A DNA stretch of 63,449 bases, filler included, from Octopus bimaculoides (taxonomy: Eukaryota), in the NCBI RefSeq assembly GCF_001194135.2. It is 6 parts of 5 records of this genome, joined end to end, with 100 filler letters (N's around TTAATTAATTAA, not from the genome) between each part and the next. Parts side by side here need not be neighbours in the genome. Positions count along the whole stretch, not along the records: positions 24,319 to 51,746 come from NC_068995.1; 5 more parts are not named here. One strand, 5' to 3'. Of this stretch, positions 35,279 to 49,959 are shown one piece after another. Within the stretch, counting starts at the first letter, position 1. The number at the start of each line of letters is the position of its first letter. The notes beneath the pieces were generated by a model. The model was not told where the DNA came from. It was given only the letters and a program-made list of their open reading frames with translations, and ran no database searches. A program made the position numbers and the translations under genes.

Positions 35279-36297
35279 ACACACACATTTATATATAGAT
35301 ATATGTGCGTGTGCGTGTGAGTGATTGTGTATTTGTGTGTGCACATAATTGCTATTGATTAATATATCTTTGCATGTATATGTGTGTGTGTGTATGTAGG
35401 TATGAGTGAGTATGTGTATGCCTTTCTGTCCTTATGTTTGAGTGTGTGCTATCGACAGTACTTTCGACTGCCAAAGAAAAGAAATGCTAAGATTCAGCAT
35501 TGTTTCAAAATGGTTACATAGATGACTCTGTATAGCAGGTATCATACTGAAAAAGTGCTATAGTCGTTATCCTCTACAAAAACTCACTGACGCCGGTGCC
35601 CCGAATATAACTGAAATGCATTTATTAGAACTAGTATAAGAATGAAAGACTGAAAGAACAAGAGCTGAAAAATACTTGATGTACTTGATGTTCAAGTTTA
35701 CTAGAATTTTGTAGCTGGTGATTGTTTTTCAGTGTGAAAGGCCAAATTATTATTACTTGACATGTAACTGTGACATAGCTATACATACACCCATAGTCTA
35801 GTTTGTATTAGCTCAGGCAATATGATGCGTAATTTGGAATTCTGTTATTGTCCTGTGCGCACCTTAATTGTGCAATATCTGTGAAATTGTGTATTTAACA
35901 TGTTTTTATATAGCATAAGCACTATATTAGGTATAATTTGTCTGCTATCAGATTCAGTGACAACGTTGGTGATCGCTTTCTTTTAGTTCTTAAGCCATAG
36001 CTTATGGGATTTCTACTGCGTTTGCTATCACAAGCTACTACATATTTTTTGCGATCATTTAGCGTACTGTATGTGAGCTATGGCTCAAAATATGATTACG
36101 TCTTAAATTTGGGCTTCCGTCGGGTAGAGCTGGTCGAGTATCTACCCTTGAAGGCCGTTTTAAGGCGCTTGGTTGAAAATTGTCAATTGCTTATGCATCC
36201 ATGTCACCCTTTTTCCCTCTCACATATTTTATCACAAAAAAAACCCGCCTTAACGCCAATGTATATATTGGTTTCCAATTTTGGCACAAGACCAGCT

Positions 36298-36405
36298 TAA
36301 TTTATCGATCGCCGGAAGGATGAAAGACAAAATCGACCTCGGCGGATCTTGAAATCAGAATGTACAGAAGGACGAAATACTTGTAAACATTTTTCACCGG
36401 TGTGT
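36298..36405 (-). mobile_element. SINE family B fragment
   Basis: tttatcgatcgccggaaggatgaaagacaaaatcgacctcggcgg. Confidence 0.7.
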
Positions 36406-36500
36406 AANNNNNNNNNNNNNNNNNNNNNNNNNNNNNNNNNNNNNNNNNNNNNNNNNNNNNNNNNNNNNNNNNNNNNNNNNNNNNNNNNNNNNNATATATA

Positions 36501-36536
<36 letters not shown>

Positions 36537-38399
36537 TGTATGTATGGAAGGGAATATGTGATACTCATCAACCTGCAGACATTGTATTATTTCAATTTAC
36601 CTGTTTATTTTTCAACTAAGAGGGCAGGAGAATAAAAGCAATATACAAACACATATGACATAAATATGTCATATCAGTAACAAGAAATTAAAAAGGACAT
36701 GTAGTGACCGAAGAAGGGACAATGTCTAACACCCATTTATTGCACTTGGTAAAAACACTAGTGTAATAGTAATTGGGTATCCTTCCGGCAGTATATTGGA
36801 TAGATATTATTTCTTAGTGGGTTGGATTCACAACCCCTAACTTTCTTGGATTATATATATATGTGAGGAACAGTTTCATTGCTGCTGTTGCTGTTAGAAG
36901 TCACAAACTCGGTACAGGTACTACAATACATTTTTTCCCCTTGGTCTTGTGGAAATTTCGCAAGTCCACCACTTTCGATTGGTACTTACACTTATGATCT
37001 TTCCTCACTTCTTCTCTACTCACACTCCTCCCCCCTCTTACTAACTAAAGTAAAACGTGTGAACGAATNNNNNNNNNNNNNNNNNNNNNNNNNNNNNNNN
37101 NNNNNNNNNNNNNNNNNNNNNNNNNNNNNNNNNNNNNNNNNNNNNNNNNNNNNNNNNNNNNNNNNNNNNNNNNNNNNNNNNNNNNNNNNNNNNNNNNNNN
37201 NNNNNNNNNNNNNNNNNNNNNNNNNNNNNNNNNNNNNNNNNNNNNNNNNNNNNNNNNNNNNNNNNNNNNNNNNNNNNNNNNNNNNNNNNNNNNNNNNNNN
37301 NNNNNNNNNNNNNNNNNNNNNNNNNNNNNNNNNNNNNNNNNNNNNNNNNNNNNNNNNNNNNNNNNNNNNNNNNNNNNNNNNNNNNNNNNNNNNNNNNNNN
37401 NNNNNNNNNNNNNNNNNNNNNNNNNNNNNNNNNNNNNNNNNNNNNNNNNNNNNNNNNNNNNNNNNNNNNNNNNNNNNNNNNNNNNNNNNNNNNNNNNNNN
37501 NNNNNNNNNNNNNNNNNNNNNNNNNNNNNNNNNNNNNNNNNNNNNNNNNNNNNNNNNNNNNNNNNNNNNNNNNNNNNNNNNNNNNNNNNNNNNNNNNNNN
37601 NNNNNNNNNNNNNNNNNNNNNNNNNNNNNNNNNNNNNNNNNNNNNNNNNNNNNNNNNNNNNNNNNNNNNNNNNNNNNNNNNNNNNNNNNNNNNNNNNNNN
37701 NNNNNNNNNNNNNNNNNNNNNNNNNNNNNNNNNNNNNNNNNNNNNNNNNNNNNNNNNNNNNNNNNNNNNNNNNNNNNNNNNNNNNNNNNNNNNNNNNNNN
37801 NNNNNNNNNNNNNNNNNNNNNNNNNNNNNNNNNNNNNNNNNNNNNNNNNNNNNNNNNNNNNNNNNNNNNNNNNNNNNNNNNNNNNNNNNNNNNNNNNNNN
37901 NNNNNNNNNNNNNNNNNNNNNNNNNNNNNNNNNNNNNNNNNNNNNNNNNNNNNNNNNNNNNNNNNNNNNNNNNNNNNNNNNNNNNNNNNNNNNNNNNNNN
38001 NNNNNNNNNNNNATATATATATATATATATACATACATATATATATATATATGTGAGGAACAGTTTCATTGCTGCTGTTGCTGTTAGAAGTCACAAACTC
38101 GGTACAGGTACTACAATACATTTTTTCCCCTTGGTCTTGTGGAAATTTCGCAAGTCCACCACTTTCGATTGGTACTTACACTTATGATCTTTCCTCACTT
38201 CTTCTCTACTCACACTCCTCCCCCCTCTTACTAACTAAAGTAAAACGTGTGAACGAATAAGCAGACTATTTTATAGAGGTAACTCAAATAAGTATTTTAT
38301 CAAACAAAATCGAAAATTAAAACAGTACAATAAATTACTTGTTTATAGTTAAACTGGAAGCACGTCCCTCAATGGAAAGCCAGCTTCAAGTCGAAAAGT

Positions 38400-41300
38400 C
38401 ATCCACTGACACAAACTCATCTCCGAATACGAACCTGGATGGTCACTCGAATAGGGATTACTATAACTCGAGCCCTACATTCACCACCACAGCTACCACA
38501 AAGAGAAAACTGTAAGAGGTTCCAATGGACCCGGGAAGAACATAAAGAATATACTCTTATTACTATGTTTTAAGTAGGCCATCTCAGGAGAGAGAAACCG
38601 GAAACTCTTAAAAGATATGGACAAAACAAGAAATAAAGGTAGCAGACTCTATTCAGTTGAAAATAAATTAGTAAATATTAGGAGGGATATCTCAAGAAAT
38701 AATTGACTCAAAGATACCGAAATAATTGCGATGAAACACGTAGTGAAAAATGACTTAAATATAAGACAGGAAGGAAATGAAGAATGAGATGAAGAGAATA
38801 GCGCGCCACGCGTCTCAATTGAAATCACGCAAAGATCTGAAAAAATAAGAGCTGCTAATGCACCTGATAAAGATAACCAGGAAAATGGTAAAGAAACACA
38901 TTTGCTAAAGAACACACAGTCTCTGTGATGGAAATGAAGCAGAAAATTCTGAACGAGCTTACAGTTGTAGGAGATACACGTATAAATGATAGAGAACTAT
39001 CTCATAAACTCTCAAATGCAAACTAAAATAAAATCAGATTAAAATCTGGCAAACATGTAACCAAAAAAAACCTGATCGTCCTGAGTTAAATGAAATTAAT
39101 TATGCATTTGTTATGGCATTTGAAAGCAGTTGTATGCCTTGTAAAAAGACATGAAAACCAAACCTAAGAAGGAATCTAAACTGAAGAAGTAAATTTAGAA
39201 AAGAGATTGAATTAATTAAAGTGGAAATATTAATTTTAAATGAAATATGCTGTGGAAATTATGTAAGATCCAGAAAAAGAAGAAAGATGAAGGAAAAAAT
39301 ATGGATTTTCATCAAGGGAAGACCTGGCATCAACAAAAGAAATACTGAAACAAAACATGTAGTAACTTTTACATTTAAAATAAACAGTTCATTTCTAATG
39401 CCAAAACCTTTTATTGAGATATGGGGTAGAAGAAAATAACCATTGGAAAACCCCTTGGAGAATAATTGCGTGTGATGAGCAGACATACAATTTCAGATTG
39501 GATTAGGTGTACTGCCAATTCTTATCAGCATTTACAGGAACAGGCATAGTAAGGCGACTCAGTAGTAGGCCTAAGGATGACATTCGCTTATGAACGAACG
39601 TCCATAAGTGGAAATCCCCAGGTAAAGATAGGGTACCAAATGTTTGGCCCTCATTGTTCCCGTGCGCACACGAAAAGTTAGTCAAGTTGTTCAATGAAAT
39701 TATGAGAGATGCTGAGAAAACACCTGACTGGTTAGCAAATGGTATTACTTACCTACTCCCGAAGAATAATGAAGCTAAAGTTTAAAAAGCTATCGGCACA
39801 TAGCCAGGTTATCCACCACTTCTAAAATTTTATCGTCTATTCTCGTACAGAAAACATGTATTTATGGAAGAGAACAATATTTTCCCCACTGAACAAAAAA
39901 GCACCGACGAGGCTCACATACACAATGATTAGCTCCTAATTAATCGCATGATCATTGAGAACTGTCATAAGAAGCGCAGAAATCTCAGTTCAACAGGCAT
40001 TCATTACAAAAAGGCTTTTGACAGTATACCGCATTTATGGATCCAGAAATTGCTGGACTTCTTCAGAATTTTCCCCGTAATTCCAAACTTTATGAAGCAT
40101 AATACGTCATTGTGGAACACGAATTTCCAATTATAGCATCCTAATGGAGTTGTAGCTTCAAACAGTATTAGCGTCAACTGTGGATTTTACAAGGTGACTC
40201 ATTTTTCTCAATTTTATTTTATTTTTTTTTGTATACTCTTACAAGTGAACCTCACAAGTGAATTTAACAGAACATCGTTTGGGTATAAAATTAAATTGAC
40301 AAGAAAATAAGGATGACTCAAAACCCTATAGCAAAGACAACAATGAGCTTGAAGGCATATCACTTACTGTGAAAGCATTCAGTGATGATAACGGGATGGA
40401 GTTTGGCCTTGGTTAGTACACCAAAACCACTTACCAGAAAGAGAAATTGAAGACCTCGAATTCAGTCGTGTTAGATGTTGGCGCAAACAATAAAAGTACT
40501 TGTGCAGGAACCTACCTTTTACTTCGGATTGAATGAAGATTCTGGCATTCAGCATGCAAACATGAAAGATAAGATCAGAAAGGAAAGTTATAGGAGAGTT
40601 CAAGTTGTTCTGAAATCAGAGCTATTTGCGCATAGCAATGTGTTAGCTATAAATTTCTCAGCAGTTCCAGTTATGTGTTGAACTAGAATATCAATGAAAT
40701 AAAGAAAATTTATAGAAAAATTAGTAAGCTACTGACTTGTAATAAGATGCACGACCCAAATGCAGACATGTATCGTTTTTATCATCCCAGAGCCCAAGGA
40801 TATTGTGGCTTGATCCGGTTTCAATTTTCATACAAAACCACCTCAGTTAGACAAGCTAAATTTCTTAGAACAAATAACGACTGGATGTTAACAATCGTTC
40901 AAAATTACGAGAGGCGTAAGAGACTTCATTTTGTCATGAAAGAGAGAAACAATTTGCTATTGAGTTTATGCATAATACCCAGACTGAACAGCAGTTGTAG
41001 ATGGGGTGAAATTAACAGCAAGGGTAAGGCGCATGAACAATTGGCATGGCAAATATATGGCCGTAGCAAATAAGCTAATGTTGATCAGAAGTACATCCAA
41101 TCAGTAGCTACAAAGCGCTAAAGGCAGAGAGCGAAGCTCTCATCATAATTACTCAAGGTTAAAGCTTATTGACGCAAAATTCAAAGGCAATGTGACAGAA
41201 AATGGAGGTAGAAAGTGCTGATTCAGCAATGAACAAATTGAAACAGTGACCCACTTAATCTCTGGATGAAAAGTTTTAGCACCAGTTTATAAATCAAGAC

Positions 41301-41760
41301 GTAACAGTGCTGGCCAGTATTTACGCTTGTTAATATGTCGTCATTATAAAATCAAAAATTTGACAAGTGGTATAAACATCACTCAGTGGCTGCAACTGAG
41401 GGGAAGTTGTAACGATTCTTCGGAACTTTCCAGTATATACAGACAGAATCATCAAAGCTAATAAACCGGATATTGTTGTAAGATACGAAAATAATAATGT
41501 CTGTTTATTGATTGACATGTGTATCCGTTGTAATAATAATATTTCTGCAAAAGAATTTGGACAAGCTCAGAAGATATAGAAGTTCGCTCGTTGAAATTGA
41601 AAAATATGCGGTTACAATAATCTCAAGGCGGTTACAATACCAGGAGCACTAGAAATGTTCAAAACAGGAACTGAATAGTATCTGGGAATGACTCCTGGCT
41701 TAGCACTCCTGCAAAAAAGTGTAAAAGATTGTTTTAGCTGGTATGTCACTCGTATTGAGA
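38400..41760 (+). mobile_element. Second near-full-length decayed R4/Dong LINE (divergent from the first)
   Basis: N-terminal KRFQWTREEHKEY, RT YKKAFDSIPHLWI, MHDPNADMYRFY..RAQG..GL, REL NKPDIVVRYENNNVCLLID. Heavily frameshifted. Confidence 0.8.
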
Positions 41761-41974
41761 AGAGCAATATTACTGTGAGAACGCTTACCATCCATGTAAA
41801 TAATTTTTTCTACATAATTTTATTTGATGTTGTAATTGAACAGTCTGTTGTGATTATCTTAATGACCTATCAATGTATACAGTGAGTTGAGTTTCTTTGA
41901 CATAATTGTCGGGAAGACATTTGGCAAGAAATAGGAAAAAGTGAAAGAACTAATAATAATAATAATCTTTTCTA

Positions 41975-42132
41975 CTCTAGGCACAATACGCAACTGGTAC
42001 TTAATTTATCGACCGCGAAAGGATGAAAGGCAAAGTCGACCGCGGTGGAATTTGAACTCAGAACGTACAGACAGACGAAATACCGCTAAGCATTTCGCCC
42101 GGCGTGCTAACGTTTCTGCCAGCTCACTACCT

Positions 42133-42179
<47 letters not shown>

Positions 42180-42200
42180 TAAATAATAATAATAATAATG

Positions 42201-42231
<31 letters not shown>

Positions 42232-42455
42232 TAATAATAATGATTTCAAATTTTTGCTACAAGTGTAGTTTGAGGGAGGAGATTAAGTTGATTACATCGA
42301 CCCAAGTGTTTCAATGGTACTTAATTTATCGACTAAAAAAGGATGAAAGGCAAAGTCGATCTCGGCGGAATTTGAACGCAGAACGTAGCGACGGGCAAAA
42401 ATACCGCTAAGCATTCCACCCAGTGGGCTAATGATTCTGCAAACTCGCCGCCTTA
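41975..42455 (-). mobile_element. Two tandem SINE family B copies separated by (TAC)n/(AAT)n
   Basis: 41975-42130 and 42241-42455 both carry ggatgaaaggcaaagtcga...gaatttgaac. Confidence 0.85.
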
Positions 42456-42480
42456 CAATAACAACAACAACAACAACAAC

Positions 42481-42518
<38 letters not shown>

Positions 42519-42525
42519 CAACAAT

Positions 42526-42559
<34 letters not shown>

Positions 42560-42586
42560 GCAACAACAACAACAACAAAACCAACA

Positions 42587-42627
<41 letters not shown>

Positions 42628-42630
42628 TAA
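42452..42630. repeat. Compound (AAC)n/(AAT)n microsatellite
   Basis: Direct reading. Confidence 0.95.
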
Positions 42631-43224
42631 TAACGAAAACCTGAAACGAGAAAGTGAATCGTTAATTTTAGCAATCAGAAAAAGAGGCCATTACCACGAG
42701 CTTGTCCAAAAAGATAAAAAGGCAAACACCTTTATGCTCCTTACTACGGAACACCCCACTGGACATAGATGAACTATTGCCTTGGACTCTTGTTGATCTA
42801 TCTTGGAGTCTGTTGAATATATGTCACCTAATTTGATAAGATATAGTTCCATATCTTATCCAATTTCCCTGATCTTCCTCCTTTCATTCTTTTGGCTTAT
42901 GTACCGCGGCACATATGTATAGGTAAAAGGATTTGGCTTTTGGCTTTGTAAGTGATTCTGAAAGAACATCAGGCAATACCATAAGACTTACACCGCCCAG
43001 TTAGGAGAATGTCTCAAGTGATGTTTCCTATTGAGCTTCTAAAGTCGTTTGGGCGTATATGAATTTTATCCAGGTTCCCTCTGTTGATTGACACTGTGGG
43101 AAAGGGGATGGAAATTCCTTTGATAGACTGAGCGTCACCAGTCCCAGGTGGCTGCTGTTTAGTTTGAAAACTGGTCAGTAGCTACTGCACATTGTAGATA
43201 AAACAACCGTAACCGGGACACAAG

Positions 43225-43840
43225 ACACGGGGTTTATTTTAGCCGCGCAGAATAAATCAATCAGATTGACATGCACAAGAAAGAATATAGATAACACCTC
43301 AGAAGCATGTAGAGAGTGTGATGGAAAAGAAGAGACAGTTGCAAATGTATTCTACAGATGTCAAGTAATTTTCGGAAATTTTACATAAACTAGAAACTCA
43401 ACAAAACTACAAACTTTCTTTGGCAAGTTTGTGCAATGGTTGGATTTCGGCATGCAGAAAATTGATATGACTACAAAGCAAAGCATGTGTTGTTGAAAAC
43501 TACCCTATAATGATACTTTAAGATATGGGAATTCAAAAGGACAAGCAAATTAGATATTTAGACCAAGATATAATAATCGATAAATAGGAAAGTGTTATGC
43601 AATCGAATCTGCTTGCCAGTTTGGATTAGAACGTGAGAAGAAAAAAAAAAAGCCACCACCTAAAATACGAAATGCAGACAATTTAGAAAAGCAGCAAAGT
43701 TGTTATCATCACAATGACTATGGAACCATTAGGGATACAGAAGAATTTTAAATAGTTATCTGAAGATAGTGGATGTAGGTGTGAATTTTCTAACAGCGTA
43801 GCCAGTTTAGCAGATCACAGCAATAAAAGGAAGAAAAAAT
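43225..43840 (+). mobile_element. R4/Dong LINE 3' fragment (a small related piece lies at about 42630-42700)
   Basis: FILAAQNKSI...CRECDGKEETVA..FYRC zinc knuckle and a decayed ...RPDI.I.. REL region. 42630-42700 reads ENLKRESESLILAI. Confidence 0.65.
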
Positions 43841-44615
43841 GAGTAGTCATTACATTCCTATTTGATGTACAGTGCAGCTCGATATCTGGCCATAAAGTAT
43901 CCTTGTGGTTTTCAGGGATCATTAGAACGCATTTACTGATTCTAATCCATGTCGATCGTTTCAGCTTTCAATCACCTACTAATGTAAAAGGAGGTGACAA
44001 AAACCCTTAGTGTCACTCTGGTATTTGTCTGCCCTAAAAATTGTAGGATAAATAGATGGGCGGAAGTGCAGCCATAATATGTGTGTGTGTGTCTGTGCGT
44101 GTGTGTTTGTGTATATGTGTGTACGTGTGTATGTGTGTATATGTATGTATGTATATACATATGTATATATGTATGTATATAGATGTATTTACATATGTAT
44201 ATGAATATATATAAGTATCTATGTATTTGTTTTTGCATGTGTATGTAGATATAAATATATATATGTGCCTATGTATATATGTGCATACATATATACACAC
44301 ACAAATATACATATACATATATATATGCGTATATGCGTATGTGTGTGTGCATAATTGTAAGTATGTATATATGTATTATGTATGTACGTAAATTATGCAT
44401 GTTTGCTTGTATGTACATGACTAAGAAAACAAACAAAAGTAGCAAAATTCAATAAGTATTTTTTATCACAGTAAATTACCAAATTAACTCAAATGCCAAA
44501 TGTTTAGTGTATGGCACATATCAAACTTTGACATGTGCCACTACCGAAACTGCCGACATATATGGCGCTTTTGGTACTGTTGACGAGAAGAAATGAAGGC
44601 AAGTATAAATGTGCG

Positions 44616-44646
<31 letters not shown>

Positions 44647-44864
44647 CTGTGTGTGTGTGTTTGTGCGCGCGTGTACGTGTGTGTGTCTGTGTGTGTGTGT
44701 GTGTGTTTGTGCGCGCGTGTATGTGTGTGTCTGTGTGTGTGTGTGTGTTTGTGCGCGCGTGTATGTGTGCCTATGTGTGCACGCGCGCGCCTGCGACCGT
44801 GTGCGTGTGTGCGTGCATATGCGAACGTATGCGTGTGTGAATATACATTTACATGTACACCCAC

Positions 44865-44945
44865 TGAAGCTGGCTTTCCAACCACATGGTTTGGGATTCC
44901 TTGGGCAAGTGTCCACTACTATAGCCTCGGACAAGTGTCCTCAAC
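44865..44945 (+). mobile_element. SINE family A head fragment
   Basis: ccaaccacatggtt...ccttgggcaagtgtccactactatagcctcgg. Confidence 0.65.
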
Positions 44946-45717
44946 TAAAAGAGTAAAAGAGTATGCATGCTTACATGTGTGTGGTCTGTTTTGCTTGGAA
45001 AACATGGATTCTCTGGCTTCCTTACGATTATGTGTTGTCTTGGTGGAAATGTTACTATAGCCTTGGCTTCTGAGCGAGGGAGCAAGGTTGTGTCTAGAAG
45101 CCAGAGGAATGTATGACACGAATAATTTTAATGTATTCATGTCATGCACTGCATCCCACTAATCCTGTCTGAGGTCTATGATAAGATTGAAGTGAAAAGC
45201 TTAATCACTTAAACACTAATTCAATGAATCGTATATTCAGGTGATCGAACCACAGAACCCAACGTAAACACTGATGAAGACTCACATTGATCCATTTATG
45301 AATGTGTGTATATATGTGTTAATATGTTTTGAGGAGTCGCTGTTCTGGTCCTATGGACATGTGATCTGAATTTTGCAGGAAAGAATAGTCAGAAGATTCC
45401 ATCGAGCCGAACCAAACAACAGGAAACTTATGGGTAACCCAATGATAAGCTGCTTTTGACAATACCCATAATCTCAGTTGTTCTCCGACCGGAGAGTTTG
45501 ATAAGACTATCTGAAGGTGGTACGCACCCCAACAAGGAATGGTGATTAGAGAAAATTGCTGGATTGATGCAGGTGAAGATGCATGCTCTATAAATAGTGT
45601 AAGTGTTTTTGTATGAAGGTGTGTATATGACGTACATATTTAGCAATCTTTTAGTTTGTGTACAGATCTGACAACCGATACGCAAATAAGCTGTCAATAT
45701 GTATGGCACATTATGAA

Positions 45718-45926
45718 AGGTAGTAAGTTAGCAGAATAGTTTGCATGTCGGGCCAAACGTCTAGCGGCATTTCGTCCGTCTTTACGATCTGAGTTTAAAT
45801 GCCCCCGGAGTCGACTTTGCGTTTCATCCATATGGAGTCAATAAAATGAGTACCGGTAGAGTACTGGAGTCGATGTAATTGACTTTTCCCTTCTCGAATT
45901 TTCTGGCCTTCTAAAATTTCAAACCA
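45718..45926 (+). mobile_element. SINE family B (older, diverged copy)
   Basis: gtcgactttgcgtttcatccatatggagtcaataaaatgagtacc core. Confidence 0.75.
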
Positions 45927-46019
45927 TATGTATGTCACATTTTACTTGTACTTGTGACATTTTATTTGTACAGAAATTTATTATTTGCTTATATGATGGT
46001 TCAGTAACATAAAGCGTTA

Positions 46020-46545
46020 ATCATGTTCTATGGAGACGAATGTGCTTCTTGAGGCCTGCTGGTGCCTTGCAAACCTTTTGGCAAATGAAACAAGTTGAGG
46101 ACTCAGTTTGCTTGAGTGCTTGTGCATCATTTACTATCTGTTTTCTTGAGTCGACGGCTAGACCCAATTTGCTGGGTGTCACGAAAACCATATCTACATG
46201 TAAGGTTTCCAATTAGAGGAGCAGTGTTTTGCCAGCGTACCTGCATGCTTGCAGGAGGTTGGACCCGGTGATGGAGTCCACTTTGCCCAAATCTTTGAAC
46301 TGGCGCTGGGTCCTGCATTCTGATACTTTGTTTTCCCTGGAAGAAAAGGGAATGATGCATCGCTTCAGATTGTCTTTTAGCTTGTCTTTCAAGCGCAAGT
46401 GTGGGTTTCCCACTGAGCTTCCTGTTGGGAATTGGTCAAAGAAAAGTTGGTTCGGAATTTTGATATCACAAACTCCAAGATTCAGCACCATAAAGCAATG
46501 TTGTCAACACCACCAACTTATACACATTAAATTCCACCTTTAATG
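46020..46545 (-). mobile_element. RTE-clade LINE 3' end with terminal C2H2 finger
   Basis: VYKLVVLTTLLYGAESW, G.P.LRLKDKLKDNLKRC and CFICQKVCKAPAGLKKHIRLH. Confidence 0.85.
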
Positions 46546-46562
46546 ATACATTGAAGATTATT

Positions 46563-46599
<37 letters not shown>

Positions 46600-46603
<4 letters not shown>

Positions 46604-46690
46604 GAGAATATACAAAAAATAACAACAGACGAGGACAGGTGGTGTAAATAACAAAAGTATATATTAGTATGACGCTCGGGAATACGGAAA
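46600..46690 (-). mobile_element. Terminal fragment of the Penelope-like family at 1-720
   Basis: The reverse complement ttcccgagcgtcatactaatatatacttttgttatttacacc matches 636-680. Confidence 0.6.
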
Positions 46691-46709
46691 GTATTATATA
46701 TATATATTC

Positions 46710-46764
<55 letters not shown>

Positions 46765-47494
46765 GGTGTGTGTGTGTGTGTGTGTACATATGTATGTATA
46801 TTTATCAAAATGCCAATGTGTCAATCTTTTTCTCAGTTTTACAGTTTGATCAAATAACAAGAAAATGTTCTAGTCAGCATTAATTAAAGATACATTCATA
46901 TTTAAATATTATATTTCATCCCCATTTAGCTTACACTTGCAAAGAAATATTATATTCGCTGTCGGAAATTTGAAAGTGAGTTTTCACAATTTAAGCTCTT
47001 AGTAGGAGAACGTAGTCTCGAGGATTTGTATGCCTCTGTCTCTAATTTTATTTTTATTATCACTAAAAGAAACTAATGGCACAAGTACATTGTATTAAAT
47101 GCACGTAAGTCGACTACTTATTCTATAAATAGAAGAAGGTGAGTTGCCCTTGGTATCACGAGATGATTGAGACGTACACAAATTAGCAACTTGAAGTAAC
47201 AATTTGATCTTGTGTAAACTAGAAAGAAACTTGGGAAATAAAAGAAAAGGGAAATTGACGGCATTATCAATTGATTGCATATCGGTTCAGTAGTCATTGA
47301 CACCATCAACCTCTCACCATGTTATTCCATTTCACTATTTTAGTTTTCACTATTTAATATTTTAGACATAGCACATTTAACTACTTCAATGTTTCTCTAG
47401 TTTATTCACTATGCTGGAAAATGCTTGTAATTTCTTTGAGTAGATAGAAATTGCCACCACAGCTCCTATCCAACAACTGCCTCGTTTTTTCAAC

Positions 47495-47835
47495 ATCTCA
47501 AGGATGAAACTGTTTGAATGGGAAACGATACCTCATTCACCATATCCGCGAGACATTACACCATCTGATTATCATTTATCCCCAGTCTTCAAAATCATTT
47601 GGACGGAAAAAATACGAATTCTGTAGACGAGATCAGAACAGTACTGGAAGGGTATTCCTCGTCGCAGACAAGTGAATTTTGGAAGAAGTCCCTTGCAAGT
47701 CTACCTGGCAGATGGAAGGGCATTGTAGAAAATGAAAAAGTGTACATTTTAGATTAAAAAAGAACTTTGTTTATCTTGATTTTGAAAAATAAAAGAGTTA
47801 TAAAAACAACCCATTATTCATGGGATGACCCAATA
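47495..47835 (+). mobile_element. Mariner (DD34D-type) transposase C-terminus and right TIR
   Basis: WETIPHSPYPRDITPSDYHL..LQNHLDGK...FWKKSLASLPGRWKGIVENEKVYILD*, then the TIR-like cattattcatgggatgacccaata. Confidence 0.85.
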
Positions 47836-47856
47836 ATTAAGTAATAAATACGAGAG

Positions 47857-49172
47857 AAATTGGAATGAGGTAACGAGCAGGGTGGTCAATCTCATCCATA
47901 AATGGGCTGAAAGGAAACTCTCCCTGAAAGGACGGGCGGAGGTGGCGAATGTGTATATCGCATCCGTCACCTTTTACCGCCTAACCGTCGTGCCTTGTCC
48001 GGATTCGTGTCTGGTCAAGTTTGTGCGCTTGCTCTTCCGCTTTTTGTGGAAGGGCCTGGGCCCGCTGGTTACACGCTCTGTCTGCTGTCAACTGCAGCTA
48101 AGTGGGGGATGGGCATGTCTTGGCTAAAAATGCGCAGACATGCGCTAAGAACGAGATATTTCTGGTTCTACCTAGACGGTGAAAATGTGTAGTCACCTTT
48201 CGCCAAACTAGTCTTCCAACAGTTCACGTCTTTTAGCGAAATGAACTCTTGGAACAAACACAAACCTAGGCTGGTTGCCTGGCAAGCAGAATGCCGTCAG
48301 GTCCTATCGCTTCTCTGCCAAACGAGAAACGTGTGCGGCGGGGGTCAGTCGCTGACAAGTGCGATAACGCCCTGGGAGTGACCCTAGACTTCGATGACGG
48401 TCAACTTGCCAGTCGGTTCTGGTGGAATTTCGGGCCTGTTACCATGGATAACTACCAGAAATCCCTGACTTGGCAGTGCTACCGAAGAGCGCTGGCTGTT
48501 TGAGATAAATTCTTTAGGCATGCGGTCATGTCTGAGATGCGAGCAGAGCAAGGAACCTGTTCTGCACGCGATCGCACAGTGACTGCTGATTTCGGAACTA
48601 TAGGTTTATGTCAAACACCTACTCTGGGAGGTGCACAGTTGTCAACGGAGACCATCAAGATTGTTCCGCTTCCTTCCTTCAATAAGGAAAGGCCGGCAGC
48701 TTTTTTTTCTTTTTGTTTGGTGGTTATAGCAAAATAGGTCATTTGATTGACACAAGTAAAAGCCATAAGGCCGGCAACTTTCTCTCTGGCATTGGTGTAA
48801 CCAACTACTACATCAACTAAAACGAACACTAAAGCTGGAGAAAGAGTTGCTGCTACCGCGCATAGTTGTAACCAGATGCATGCAAGTGATACGCCTGTTA
48901 CGTATGAGTGTGGGCGGCTTGAACGCGAACCCTTGAGTTTCCTTTGCGAGAGCAGTGTTGGAGCATGGCTTGTTGGGGCTCCATGCCCTGCGTTACATAC
49001 TATATCCCCCATTCCGCTATTTCCATTATTTTGTCATAATCTCTAACCATTCACATATTCATTTGTTTCACTTTGTTGTATCTATTCGACCATTTCACCC
49101 TATAGTCCCGACCCCTCCTCGTCTGTCCTGTATTTTCCCTCTATGTGTGGCCCTTTGTGGCAAATAAAGAAT
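47857..49172 (+). mobile_element. Tx1/L1-clade LINE 3' fragment
   Basis: KWAERKLSLKGRAEVANVYIAS...YRLTVVPCP...LFRFLWKG, a CPRC...H zinc-knuckle remnant, and a 3' UTR ending aataaag. Confidence 0.8.
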
Positions 49173-49959
49173 GAAATTTCTTGCCGAACGGACGTGTATT
49201 TTTTACGTTTGTAAGTTTTGTAAATTCCTATTACCAAAGTGTGTTTATAATTATTATTGTTGAATTTTCTGCGTCCCGTAACTGAATCTGCTTAGCCGGA
49301 GAGGTGTCGCATCCAAACTTCCCTCTTTTAGGGGCGAATTTTACCTTCGTTTATTTGTATTTTTGCAACACAATTAATTTTTTAGTCATGGCTTCCAGCC
49401 TCGGTGAAGGTTACGCCCACCGAGGTGAAGTGACCAACGAACTGTTCCCGTCTCTCCCCTGTTGCGAGCAGGAGGAGGGAAATGATCTACTTCCGAAAAG
49501 ATATACAACGGATATTTTCAAAGACAACTCGAACAACAAAGTTAAGGACCTCAGGAAAGATTAATTTAAACTAAACAGTCGCGGTTTCGCATCAGCAGCG
49601 CGAGTGAAACAACAATCACTTATGGGTGGTAGCAGCTGTGCTGCTCGACATTGAGGACAAAATAAACAAACTACAAATTACCAAACAGCACGAACAGAAC
49701 TAGTTGGCTCGTGGCTAGTGGTGTCTCTACGTCCAACCCAGCATGCTCTGTCTTTCGGAGTATTACCTTGTTAATCTCATTTATATCTAAAATTTTCAAA
49801 GTTCACACTTGTTATCACTGTTTAGATACCGTCACTTTGTTATTTCGTTTTGCTAGCGATTGTATGTATGGCCCTCACTCTGTCTGTCCTGTACTGTCCC
49901 TCTGTGTAAAGCCCTTAGTGGACAATAAATAATTGAATTGAATTTGTTGCTGAACAACC

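Noticed and set aside
36863-38258. Exact 206-bp direct repeat (36863-37068 and 38053-38258), possible LTR pair
   Set aside because: The copies are identical, flank an N gap, and the first ends exactly at the gap. This is most likely a redundant contig overlap.
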